Below are positions 10,258-21,190 of a DNA stretch of 35,924 nt, piece by piece. The translations under genes and the position numbers were made by a program. The stretch is from Chiloscyllium plagiosum. Its lineage: Eukaryota. Below the pieces are notes generated by a model. It had not been told where the DNA came from, made no database searches, and saw only the letters and a list, made by a program, of their open reading frames with translations. The DNA is taken from assembly GCF_004010195.1 (NCBI RefSeq), contig NW_025213770.1, positions 1-35,924 on the forward strand. Reading direction: 5' to 3'. Positions within the stretch are counted from its first letter, which is position 1. The number at the start of each line of letters is the position of its first letter.

Positions 10258-12021
10258 TATTTGAATGGATTTCATTTAGACCCACCCAGCAGTGAGACAA
10301 ACTAAACAAATAGTATGGTTTTGATAACTTCTTCATAAAGTGGGGCAGATTTCTTTATAAATGGTAGATTTGCTCAGCAGTTCAGTGAACCAATGGATGA
10401 CACTTTCAACATCGGATAGATTCAGAGGTCAACATTTGTCTACCACTCTTTCTCAGGAAGAGTTATTCTGAAAGAGGTTTGAATGCTAGAGATGAAAGGA
10501 CTTTACAAAATGAGATGGGGCTAAATTTCATGTTTCATGATATGAGCAATGATAAGAAATTGAATGAAAGTTACTGTAAAAACTATATTCCATTCTCATT
10601 GAAACATTACAAAACCTGACAAAAAGCAACTTGTTGATCAATACGTTGCCTCATCTCACTAGAATACATCTCAATCTGCCCCCCAAAAGATAGGGAATTT
10701 GAACACACTAGTGTCATGTTGAGTAATTATAGTATTCAGTATATGCAATAAGGAGTTTTTATTGTACATTCTGCAGGTCAAGTTGCAACATTCTGTGTTT
10801 CACCAACAGCAAATAAAAATATCACTTTTCCATCTGGACTGCTATTTAAGATGGAAATTGGTTGGTGCTTCTGGGCAAAAGTCAATCCCATATTTCCATT
10901 CCTGATCTCCATACACCAGAATACACATGCTAGAATACATACATGTGGACATGCAGCAGAAACAAAAATAACCTGTGAAGGTTTGCTATGTTTGCATATG
11001 CAAAGAAGCCACTAAGTGAGGGGCTCGGAAATTTGCTCACGTCCCTTGATACACATCACAATATAATTCTGTGCACTTTGGAAGGTTCTAAGAAATCAAG
11101 ACAAAAAATAATCATTAATGCAATAATTGCTACAGTTACCATACTATTAAATTAGAAGGCTTTAACAGTCTCTGAGCATTCTATTGAGTCAATGCATTTG
11201 TAACAAAAAATAAATTAAATAATCAATAGAAACTAAAGGTTTTGAATTTCTATTTGCAGCCAAAACATGCATTTCTTGACAGGAAGCAATTATTCAGTAG
11301 TGGTTGAAATTTAAATTATATTTAGGCTGTGATACTTAGCAAAGACCTGATTCAAATTACATTACACTGTCACCATTCAGATGAATGAGAAATATTTATC
11401 ATTGTCTGTGTCTTCAACCTTTATAACCATCCTCTCATGAGACAGTGTTCCTTTAAACAACAGTGACCTAAAATGTTCATAAGATCTAGCCCCACAATTC
11501 TGTAATATTGCCTTGCATTGGGGTTGGCTATATCTTCTTTTACTGGCATGAAATCAGCCACAGTTTTCAAACCCAGGTTGAGTGCACAGAAGTGGGGGAG
11601 ATCATGGCTCTACAAACCCGCAGATCTCCAAGGCAGTTTAGATTAGGAGTTGAGCTGGGCATTCTGGAAAGGGATAGGAGCTTGTCAGTTCCCAAACAGG
11701 CTGGGCAGAAAGTTGGCGTAGGGGCTGCAACATTGTAGTCAAAGTTTTAAAAAATAAAGATTACAATGTAAAACCCCTTTCCTGCTCACTCCCTCTCACT
11801 CCACACCCTCATGCCCCTTTCATTGCACCCCATGTTTATTAATCCATCTTTTCCATTGCTGCTCATACGCTCATGCCACCCTAAGCCTTCAATCATTCCC
11901 AATGCCTCTTTGACAGTTTGTGCCAACTCATTATGCCCCATCCACTACACTTTGTCCTTCCCTTTCCAAAATTTCACTTAAGCGCCTAATGCCCTATGTC
12001 AACAAACTTTTCTGTTCAAAA

Positions 12022-12130
12022 AGGTCTTATGGCTCAGTGATGCCTCTAAGTCAGAAGATCCAGGTTTAAGCCCATTTCAAAATGTGATGGCTACAGAGAT
12101 AAATCATAATATGTCCAAAGAAGTTGATTT
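12022..12130 (+). mobile_element. Short tRNA-derived SINE (family of 26977, 30978, 33635)
   Basis: GGTCTTATGGCTCAGTG...CAGGTTTAAGCCC...CATAAT...AAGTTGATT followed by an A-run. Confidence 0.5.
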
Positions 12131-12552
12131 AAAAAAAATTACATTTAGTAAGTAGTTAGGGCTGTCAATCAAAATGCTCGCTTATAAAGCACCCTGTTGT
12201 GAAAATGATTGGTTAGGAAATCAGTTATGTGGCACAAATCCTATATGGGTTTGTGAACATGGCACTCTGAAATGCTTCACGCTATTTTATTTAACTCCAC
12301 AATTTTGCTTTAGCTATCTCCTTGGAAATGATGCCAGTCCCAATGAGTTTATGCTCAAGCATGCATTTTCACAATCCCATCCTTCACTAAAGGAAGCCTT
12401 GCTTTCATCAAAGGTGTACTGGGACTAAATCCAAAGTGGTATCTTATCTCTCTAAAAGGGGAGAAATAAAAGATTTTCTCCAACCCACAACCTTCATGCC
12501 TCCCTCACTCCATATTCCACCCTCATGCCAAGCTGTGCAGTGTGTTGCACTT

Positions 12553-12743
12553 CATAGAGTCATGCAGCATGGAAACAGGCCATTCAGTTCAACTCGTACA
12601 TGCTGACCAGACATTCCAAAACTGATCTAGTCCCATTTCCTAGCATTTAGCCCGTATCCCTCAAAACCCTATGTATTCATGTACCCACCTAGATGCTTTT
12701 TAAATGTTGTAACTGGACCAGCCTCCACCACTTCCTCTGCCAG
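12553..12743 (-). mobile_element. CR1 (HER1-like) 3' tail
   Basis: CATAGAGTCATGCAGCATGGAAACAGGCC...CCAGCCTCCACCACTTCCTCTG is the reverse complement of 5225-5420. Confidence 0.85.
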
Positions 12744-12935
12744 CCTGCCCCTCATACCCGTATGCCAACTTTATGTCTACTTTCACCCACCAATCTTTCC
12801 CCTTTATCTACCATGCCAACTCAATGCATGTCCACAAGTACCCATACACACAGGAGAATAAATACCATTATTTAAATTTGAATAGTGCAGATAACTCTTT
12901 ATTGAGAAAAGCACTTTCATTTGTGAAAACATAAT

Positions 12936-13058
12936 TTGACACATCTTTGACAGATCTTGACAGACCTTGACATTTGCTGACACGTATTGACATTTCTCAA
13001 CAGGTCGACACCTTTTGACATTTCTTGATAAGTTAACACTTCTAGATAGCCTTTGAAA
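12936..13058 (+). repeat. 10-bp-period TTGACA motif array (13 units)
   Basis: Hexamers start at 12936, 12947, 12957, 12967, 12977, 12987, 12997, 13005, 13015, 13025, 13033, 13043 and 13053, with variable spacers. Confidence 0.8.
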
Positions 13059-13120
13059 AATTAAACAATTTCAAGGGGTTTGTGCACCTTTACACAGAGT
13101 CATCTGCACAATTAACAGCT

Positions 13121-13295
13121 CAAAGGCACCCTGACCCACTCAAAGGATCCATGACCCCAACACCAAAGGATAGCTGATACCTCTAACCAAAAAGGATTCC
13201 TGAATCCCACCCTAGAAGTATCCTTTGATTATATCCATAGGGATCGCTCACCTTTCCAAAGGGGTGCCCTGGCTATCCAAAAGAACTGCACTGAG
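13121..13295 (+). repeat. Degenerate ~20-26-bp repeat, consensus CAAAGGAnnnCTGA
   Basis: CAAAGG-like starts at 13121, 13141, 13164, ~13190, (~13213), 13236, 13257 and 13278. Confidence 0.65.
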
Positions 13296-13874
13296 AAGAG
13301 ACCAACTCTCGCCTAGACTAATCTCCACACTCATGGGAATCCAAAATCTGGTTTCTGTGGAGTATCGAACCTCAGCCCAACCTCGATCCTGCCTCTCTGA
13401 AAAACAAGAAATGTCAAATTCAGCGTTGGGACATAGGATTCATAATTACTCTGTCTTTCCTCTAAATCCCTTCATGGGTGTCCAATACATTTTGACTGAG
13501 CTGGATTTAGTATTTACTCTGTGAGTCAACAGGAATCCAGGGTGAGTTATTAGCCACTGGCTGAACCTGATTATGCAGTGCCCAGCCAATTAGTGCGAGT
13601 GAACACGGGATCCCTGCCAGAACATGTGATGGGGGAGGCTCTGACTTTAGGTAGCTCATGTTATCTGAGGTCTGTGCAGGAGCGGGAAGCCTGTCCTGGT
13701 TTTGTAACTGAAGTCACATCTTAATTACAAACTGTGCTGTTTCAATCTCTGACAGCCAAACTTCTGGTTCCAAACAAGAAGGTTCCATGAGAAAATTCCA
13801 TTGACATCACACAGTTTAATCCTGTTGCAACTGAAGATGTCTAAAATGTCATAGTCCTGCTGCTATAATTTGGT

Positions 13875-14060
13875 GGTGGTTCACTGTAGGACCTCCACCA
13901 GACATCCATGAACACAGACATATCTTATAACCTGGTATTGGCCTCAAGAGACCCTCTCAGATAACCATGGAGCTCAGGTTGGAGCTCACCACAGAGGTGT
14001 AGTCAGGGGATTGGCTCCATCTTAGGAAAGAACAGATGATCTATCTCACGCTGAAAGTGT
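13875..14060 (+). pseudogene. Harbinger Myb/SANT-like DNA-binding ORF remnant
   Basis: Translation WFTVG...IHEHRHIL*PGIGLKRPSQITMELRLELTTEV*SGDWLHLRK/RTDDLSHAES matches the Myb/SANT-like pattern RF...RRxILFP..G.KRP...T..AW.EVA.EV....W.QCRKR..DL. Followed by GTGAGT. Contains stops and a frameshift. Confidence 0.65.
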
Positions 14061-14569
14061 GAGTTTGACTAGTAGATGGCCCACACATTGAATAGAGGAG
14101 GGTCAGGACAGAAGGGTCTCTGAAAGGTTATGGGCATTGATGCAGCTACTGTGCCCTCAGCAGCAGTCTTTTCAGTTGCATTGGATGCATGTGCGTATCA
14201 CAGGAATTTGCATTTTCCATTTTGCATTGCCACACCCCTCCCACTGCCTTCTTGAGAGTGTGAGATTTGGAGGGATAGATGAACATTACTAACATTTCAT
14301 GAGAACAGGCATCAGTCCAGTAGTAAGGGCTATTCAGATCAATACAAAGGAAGGAGTATCAGACATCTGACTGCAGACTACCACTGAGATGGAGGCATGC
14401 GAGCTGACAGGAGGGCAAGAATCCATTTTGGAATCTGAATTTGGAGTAGGAGTGTACAGAGTAAAAAGGATTCATAAATACCTTATTAACTCAGCCCACA
14501 AAGGCATATGAATGAAAATAGGCCTTGCAGTCTTCCCTCACCTGATAGTGCTGGTGCTTTGCTTGCAGA

Positions 14570-15410
14570 TTGAGTCTGATCCTTATTAAAAGATCTATCA
14601 CCAGCCTGGGACACAGCATGAACCTCTTCTCTGCTTATGACGGCCTGCTTTCTCAATGCACCCATCATTTACATCTGCAAACCTCCAGGCCATCACATTT
14701 GGTATCATTAGCCTTGGTACAAACAAGTGGAGTACTTGGAAATGGCACAGCTCATAAACATCATGACTGCAACCTGGATACTGACCACATAACTGTAATA
14801 TTCAATTCCCATATTATGTTATATTGAATTAATATTTTAATTTGTATCTATTGATACAAGCTGCTGACTCCTCAGATGATGCTTCAATGTTGACATACCA
14901 CTGAACACATGGAAACCCCAGCAAGACAATGAATTCCATTGAATTCTCCCCTGGTTGATGTCACATTCTGAATTTGATGTAGTTTCCAGTCCTTTTCAAC
15001 ATTTACATTCATCAGCATCTTTTTGCAGTGGTGATTGGCTGCTTGCAAATGGCACTTGTGGAAGGATAGAAGGAGACAGAGGTGAAGAAATTGAGGGCTG
15101 CATTGACTTTCAGGGTCACTGACATTGGGTTCCCACTGTAACCCTGTGGGTCCAGGATTCCCTGCAGTTTGCAGCAGAGGTATGTTGCTATCTACCGTTG
15201 AGAAGTGTAGTTGCTTCTAGAACTGCCTCTTGGACCTCCACAAGTGTGTCATCCCGGGCTTGCAGACACCCTGGGATGTACTAGGGCTGTGCACTTCCCT
15301 GTCCTTTTCTGCCTGCCATTCTGTCCTTGTGCTGCCCCCTTTTGTTGCTGTTGCTGCTGAGCAGGCTGCATTTTTTGGTGTGGAGCAAAATACTCATCAG
15401 CATCATCCAT
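14570..15410 (-). pseudogene. PIF/Harbinger transposase remnant (HARBI1-like DDE_Tnp_4 family)
   Basis: Collinear motifs on the minus strand: HPRV..KQLHFS, YLCCKLQGILDPQGYSGNPMSVTLKVNAALNFFTSVSF, KRTGNYIKF, LGFPCVQ, CINR, ILQLCGQYPGCSHD, C-terminal DLLIRIRL. Multiple stops, frameshifts and deletions. Confidence 0.85.
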
Positions 15411-15700
15411 TCTATGCACGTTTTCCACCCCATTGCAATGAGTCCCCACCTCAGCATCTCGTCACATTGTTGCTGGCATTGACCCAGCAGTAGATGGGAG
15501 GTGGTCTCACCACACAAGGAACATGACGAACAAACCCTTATACGGTTGCTAGGTGGCTTCTGGGCTTGTCCCCCATTCAAAGTTGCATAGTATCTGATTG
15601 TGGGACCCAGCATCAAGATGGGAGGGAGACCACAAAGACTCCCTCCCTCATTCCTAACACCTCAAATCCCCCACTCTGCTAAGCCTTAGCTGACGACTGC
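15410..15700 (-). mobile_element. Possible R2/NeSL-type (RLE) non-LTR fragment: pre-knuckle region and CCHC knuckle
   Basis: One frame reads WEAVVS*GLAEWGI*GVRNE...IRYYATLNGGQ...CSSCSLCGETTSHLLLGQC..QCDEMLRWGLIAMGWKTCIE, resembling R2 W....QG.G / YPT..L.RG / CxxC...ETxxHILGxC / W....EP. Confidence 0.45.
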
Positions 15701-16734
15701 CTCCCACCATCCCTCACCTCAGACCTTGGATCCAATGACAATGCTAGCCTCACATCAGTGTCATAACAGCAGCAATCAGTGCCTTCTCGGTGTACTGCTG
15801 TTCTATGGAGCTCCCACCCTCTCATTGGAATGTGGCTCTCAGTTAACAGAGTTTCTGTCTTCAGGATGTTTGATCGCAGGGAAAAGCTGAATGCAGCCCA
15901 TGATGCAGCAGGCCACCTGGAAAAGAGGCAATTCAGAGCTCTGACCAGCTCTTTAGCCAACTGATGTGACCCCATCATCTCCATCAAATCCTTTATATGT
16001 TGAACGTGCATAGTGTGCTTTCACCTCAAATATAGATTTAATTGTAAAAGCATAATCCTCTCTGCACATGGACTAAGGGCCTTGAAATAAATTTGCAAAC
16101 TGCCTTAACCAAATTCCTGGTACAATCAGATAACATAGTCACTGATACATAATGACAGCTTAAGAAGCAGTTGGTTAGAACAAGTCCTTTGAATGTGAGA
16201 CTTATATCATTTTATTCAAAGTCTATGTTTTGTAGTAAAATGCTTTCTAGGCTTGAATATAAAACTAATTCTGTTGTTCAAAGAAATCTAACCAGTTTCC
16301 TGCTCCTTATGCACTTTCCACAGTGATGCAATGTTTTCCTCTGTTAGAAGTCACATTATTTGACCCAGTTTTTCTACTGCATGGTATGAATGCTTAAGGC
16401 ATGCTAATCTGGTACTGCAGGGAGCAGTTGCACTGCATGATACTCAAGACTTACACAGTTTGCTGTGCATCTCACATACACAACCTGATTAACTCAGAAT
16501 GTGCGTGGAACACGAATCAGACAAATCTAGCAAGTGACCCTTTCACCGAAATAATTTGTTTGTTGCTTAAGATAACTTATGTGAAAAATGTTCACATGGC
16601 AAAAGTTTTCCACTGGAAAAATAATTTACCCAACTTGATCAAAGGACCAGGATTATACCACCAAACCTGGTCTTTCTTGAAACAGTAAAAATCTAGCAAG
16701 AGCATTACAATGCGAGTCAGAATGGCTCATGCAA

Positions 16735-17060
16735 ACATACTGATTAGGAAGTGGAGAAGACCATTTGACTCCTAAAGTCTGTTCTACTAATTGTTAAAAT
16801 TGTGGCGGATCTCACTGTGGTCTCAACTCTGTCCTTCTATCAACTTTTGACTTATTTATCAATAAAGGATCTAGATAGCTCAGTCCTAAAAATACTCATC
16901 ACCCTACCTCCAGTACTGTCGGAAATTCCACAGACTTAATGACTCATTGAGAGGAAAGAAAACATTATTTACTTCACTGCCTTAAGTGAGACAGGTTCTC
17001 CTACTTCTAGTGTCTCCCATAAGAGAAAACATTCTCTCACCATCCACCCTGTCAAGTCCT
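16735..17060 (-). mobile_element. CR1 3' fragment
   Basis: Minus-strand translation GLDRVDGERMFSLMGDTRSR (ORF 16982..17194) plus reverse tail motifs. Confidence 0.7.
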
Positions 17061-17249
17061 GAAAAGAAATTCACTTTAAGAAGAAAACACTTTGGTTGGT
17101 AAGTCATAGTTCTTGAAGGCAGCAATGATAAGGTGTGGAATGTTCGGACAGCTATCAGTCTGGTTTTCTGGCACATGCAGACTGGGATCAACAACAGCTG
17201 GCCTCTAGAATCTTTGCTAATGTAGTTCTGTCAGAAAGAAAACAAAATT

Positions 17250-17635
17250 GAGGATTTTTCTGGACACTGGTTGAGAGGATAGTGAGATTTCTCACTAGTT
17301 TCAGATCCTTATTAAGAACAAAATTCCAATGTATTTTCATTGACCTTCAAAAAAGGATCCAGGTATTACCACAATCCTTCAAACTCAAGTCCAGAATAAT
17401 TACTAAACATGAAATGTCTTCGTGGCTTTTTGTGACTCATGTACCAGGGCATCTAGATTCTTCTGCACCAGAGAATTCTGCAACCTCTCTCCATTTCGAA
17501 TATTTACTGTTTTTCAATTCTTCCTGCCAAAATCAATATGTTCACACTTAACACTCCATCCTCCAAACTTGTCTGCTCATTTAACCTATCTATATTCCTT
17601 TGCAGAATCCTTAAATAGTATCTTTCTTCTTAACT
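17250..17635 (-). mobile_element. Decayed CR1 RT-region fragment
   Basis: CCAGATCTCTCTGC-like/CTCTCTCCATTT, CTTCCTGCCAAAAT...TCACACTT..CTCCATC motifs, the reverse of the CR1 KCEVxHFGRKN region. Confidence 0.5.
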
Positions 17636-17659
17636 CATGAGATGGAATAAGTATGATAA

Positions 17660-18428
17660 CTAGAAATGAGCTTGGATCAGAAGATGAAGAAATAGCAAGT
17701 GGAAGAAGATACTGGTAGGAGTAGTCTATAGGCACACTAAAAGTGGTTATATTGTAGTACAGGGAATAAATCAGGTGATGATGAAAGCAGGCATAAATAG
17801 CATCTGGATGGGTATATGAATAATAAGGATTTAGAATGGGAAGGGACAAATGCTGGCAAATGGGACTAGATTTATATAGAATATCTAGTTGATACAGATG
17901 AGTTGGACTGAAGGGTCTGTTTCTGTGCTGTATATCTCTATGACTCTATATTGGTCCATGCAACTGATCTGCATACACTCTATGAATTGCTCCAAGTGGA
18001 TGGTTTTGTCAGTTTGCTTTTCCTATTCTACATGAAAATTTAAGGACATCCTTGCAAGTAATATCAAGACAGACATCAAGATTTTGTTTAAATATATAAA
18101 AATGAAGAGAGAGGCCAAAGTGAACCTTATAGAATAAGGCTGGGGTAATAATAATGCGAATCTCCAGGAAAGGGCAGAGGAGTTGAATAACTACTTTGCG
18201 CCAATCTTCACAGTAGAAGTTACTAATAGTGTTAAAAAATACTAGATAATCAAGGGCAAAAGGGTGAGAGGAAATAAATACACGATTACGATAGAGAAAG
18301 TACAAGAAAAATGAATGACTGAAGATGGATTGTTTCCTGGAATTTTATAGCAAGTAACTATAGAGAAGGTCATAATCTTCCAAGAATTCTTTGAATCTAG
18401 GAGAAGTCCCAGAGATTGGAAAACTGCT
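17660..18428 (+). mobile_element. CR1 ORF2 5' pieces (APE endonuclease 17660-17800, linker 18040-18428) interrupted by a CR1 tail (17800-17950)
   Basis: KKILVGVVYR motif; KTDIKILFKYIK; AEELNNYFAPIFTVE; IFQEFFESRRSPRDWKTA-like. Inserted tail ends CTCTATGACTCTAT. Confidence 0.7.
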
Positions 18429-18905
18429 TCAGAACTTCAATTTTGAATTTAAACAGATTTGAGGTTTGTACTTATCTAAGAGGCAAGTAGATTATGAGGA
18501 TGCATCTCAGAAATTGCTGCATTGGGACAAAGTGTGGAACGTGAGTGTTAATGAATGTCCTAGAAATTTATTTGATCACCTTCAGGAATCAGGGAGTATC
18601 GATACAGAGTTTTCACTGGAAATTAAATGAATTAAATAAAATCTGTTCTGATGTAAGTCATACTGTGAAAGGGATATTATTTAAATAAATGGTCTTTTCT
18701 CATCCTATAATTTTTCATAATTCCAAAATTTTAAACTTAGCTTCTATTTTAACATTTCTATAGGATGTCTTCTCTTAAAGTCATCTCATACAATGTTGTT
18801 TTCGCATTAATGTTAATCTCCAGTTAATACACAACACTTTCATTGCATTGTCACTGATTCACATTATGTTGCTGTACATGGGGAACATTTCTGTGTTACT
18901 TTCAT

Positions 18906-19084
18906 GCGGGGAACAGGAGATTCGACGTTTCGGGCACAGGCCCTTCTTCAGGAAAGGGCCTGAAGAAGGGCCTGTGCCCGAAACGTCGAATCTCCTGTTC
19001 CCCGGATGCTGCCTGACCTGCTGTGCTGTTCCAGCAATAAAGTTTCAACTTTGATCTCCAGCATCTGCAGACCTCACTTTCTCC
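18906..19084. mobile_element. Young Penelope-like terminal insertion with perfect 46-bp inverted repeat and 15-bp TSD
   Basis: Arms 18907-18952 and 18959-19004 are exact reverse complements (spacer AAAGGG). TSD CTGTGTTACTTTCAT at 18891-18905 and 19085-19099. CpGs intact. Confidence 0.85.
18921..18954 (-). ncRNA. Minimal hammerhead-ribozyme-like motif (second core copy on + at 18960-18988)
   Basis: UUC-CUGAAGA-a-GGGC cugu GCCC-GAAA-cGUC-GAA: conserved core boxes, 4-bp stem II, 3-bp stem I, palindromic ACGU in place of stem III. Confidence 0.55.
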
Positions 19085-20069
19085 CTGTGTTACTTTCATA
19101 TTGAGGTGGGGAGCAGGCAATCCTGGGAGATCTGGGTGGAATCAATGAGTGAAAACAGTTCCTCCCAGATTGCACTGTAATGGTTTCCCAGCAGTCCCTT
19201 TAAATACTATTAGTGCAACCCTCACTGCCTTGTATAGTATGCATGGCTGGAGTACATGACTGCCGTTTTGTGTTCCCTTCCAATGGCATCTTGGTTATTC
19301 GTCATTATTTATTAATTTTACACATAAAATTTATTTATAAAGAACCACTGATTAGGAAGCTTTTATGCAGAGAAAAGCTGGCAAAAGCAAGTCATACTTT
19401 AATTGACATTATTATTCACTTCCAAGACTGCACAGCTTAGTTTAGTATCTTTTTGTTTTCTTAGATTTCTCACATTATGATAAAGGTATTGTGTTTTTAT
19501 GGTTTATTAACTTGAAAATGTTGATGTTCTTAGTATAGAAATGTAATCTTCAAAAATCTCCCCCCCCGGAATGTTTATAATATATAACATCTTTTTTTTG
19601 CATAATGTCATGTCTCCCGGGAACCAATTCACAAAATCAACTGAGAACTTCCTTTATTTCTACAATGATATTGCTGTCATCTCTAACAGCCCAAAATTGT
19701 ACTTCTAGCACACAAAGGCTTTTTGCGCTACTGCCCAGGTTAAGTGTATCATTGCTAAAATGTGCTGATAACTCTCAAATGTGTACTCCAGCCTATGATA
19801 ATAATCACTTCAAAAGAGGAAGATATTGCCCAAGAATTTTAAGCTTATTTGTGGGAAGTGATGATCAAAGTAGTCTTGCTGTATCTTGACTTCCAAAAGG
19901 GATTTGACAGACTTCCACTCAGAAGGCTTAAATCAACAGTGATTCAGGAAGAAATTGAAAAAGAAACTGACTGACTGAAAAGTAGCAGCTAAATTGTGTC
20001 AGTGTTGAGGACTGTGGCGAGATGTACTGAAGTGGAGTGCTCTGGTTTGAACTTGCTATTGCTTCTCTT

Positions 20070-20620
20070 GCATCCAGTTCTGGGCATCACACTTTCAGAA
20101 GAATATGAAGAAAACAGGAGGACACAGAAAAGATTCACAAAAGTTAATCCTGGTTGGAGCAACTTTGGTTATGCAGGTAGATTGGAGAAGTTGGGACTGT
20201 TCTCCTTGAAAAGCAGAAGGTTGAGAGCAGATTTGATAAAGGTATTCATGAAGGGTCTGAACAGAGTAAGTAGGACGAAGCTGCTCTCTTTCATTGAAGG
20301 ATCAAGATGCAAAGTACCCTGGTTGAAGGTGATTGACAAAAAATGCAATGGTGATATGGAAAGAAAACATTTTTTTTCACACAGTGGGCATTAAGAATCT
20401 TGAGGGCATTGTCTAATTGTCTGATACAGGCTGGTTTAAATGTGGTTTTCAAAAGATAATTGGATTATTAACTGAGGAAGAAAGATTGGCATGGCTATGG
20501 GAAAAGAGCAGGAAAATGGTATGAGGTGACTTCAGGAGGTGAGTTTCTCTTGTAGAGAGCTGGCACAGATAGGATGGGACAACAGACATTCACCTGTTGC
20601 TGTAACCATTTTAAGATTCT
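20070..20620 (+). mobile_element. CR1 3' fragment
   Basis: ORF 19996..20394 contains QKRFTKVNPG..F.YAGRLEKLGLFSLKSRRLRADLIKVF, the CR1 ORF2 C-terminal motif. Confidence 0.85.
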
Positions 20621-21054
20621 ATTCTGTGATTTTATGTTATTGACTTAGAAACAGCAGCTCAGTACAAATTAATCAAATTGTCTGATCATAACAAATTAAG
20701 ATGTGACTCAGTAATTACAAAATAAGTTTCATTGAAATGTTATATTTTGGGCAAAATAATGACAGATACAATTTAATCATGTCAGCTGTAAAATACTGCA
20801 TTGCAAGAAAGCGAATGACATTCTCCATAAATAATGTTTGAATAGTTTTGGATGACATTCAAAGAATTTGGAGTTGGTAGATTCAATTTGTAACATGTTA
20901 AAATATGAAATCAAAACCATAAAGTATGAATCAGAGCATACTATGATCAACCTGTAAATTGTCCAGGTTAAATCTTAAGGAATGCATTCGATTCTGGTCA
21001 CAAAACACAATAGGTCATATTGAGGCACGAGTTGCAATGCAGAGAAAAAGCCAT

Positions 21055-21190
21055 AATAAAAGCAAAATACCATGGGGTGTTGAAGATGTGAAATAGAAAC
21101 AGCAAGTGCTGGAGAAACTCAGCAGGACTGGTAGCATCTGTGGAGAGAGAAACAAAGTTAGTGTTTTTAGTCTAATATGTCTTCTTCAGA
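21055..21190. mobile_element. Penelope-like terminal fragment inside a very old CR1 remnant (~20940-21520)
   Basis: AAAAGCAAAATAC...GTGCTGGAGAAACTCAGCAGGACTGGTAGCATCTGTGGAGAGAGAAAC...TCTTCTTCAGAA; the reverse end reads CTGAAGA (decayed hammerhead box). Confidence 0.55.

Larger units (their letters stand above)
11790..12830 (+). repeat. Interrupted C-rich low-complexity tract with recurring ATGCC motif (11790-11995, 12480-12535, 12745-12830)
   Basis: Repeated CATGCC/AATGCC/TATGCC in a G-poor context, split by a short SINE and a CR1 tail. Confidence 0.5.

Noticed and set aside
10342..10682. 10-bp inverted repeat GGGGCAGATT/AATCTGCCCC as MITE termini
   Set aside because: No matching TSD and too short to exclude chance.
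12936..13058. TTGACA as bacterial -35 boxes, or the array as a CRISPR
   Set aside because: Vertebrate repeat context, no spaced -10 boxes, units of only 10 bp and no cas genes.
15249..15449. Poly-Q ORF as a host gene exon
   Set aside because: It continues via a frameshift into Harbinger transposase motifs and has no splice signals.
15620..15647. 9-bp hairpin GGGAGGGAG/CTCCCTCCC
   Set aside because: Low-complexity arms inside a decayed element; no functional context.
19996..20394. 132-aa ORF with a signal-peptide-like Leu run
   Set aside because: The C-terminal two thirds are CR1 ORF2 sequence; the start is not ATG.
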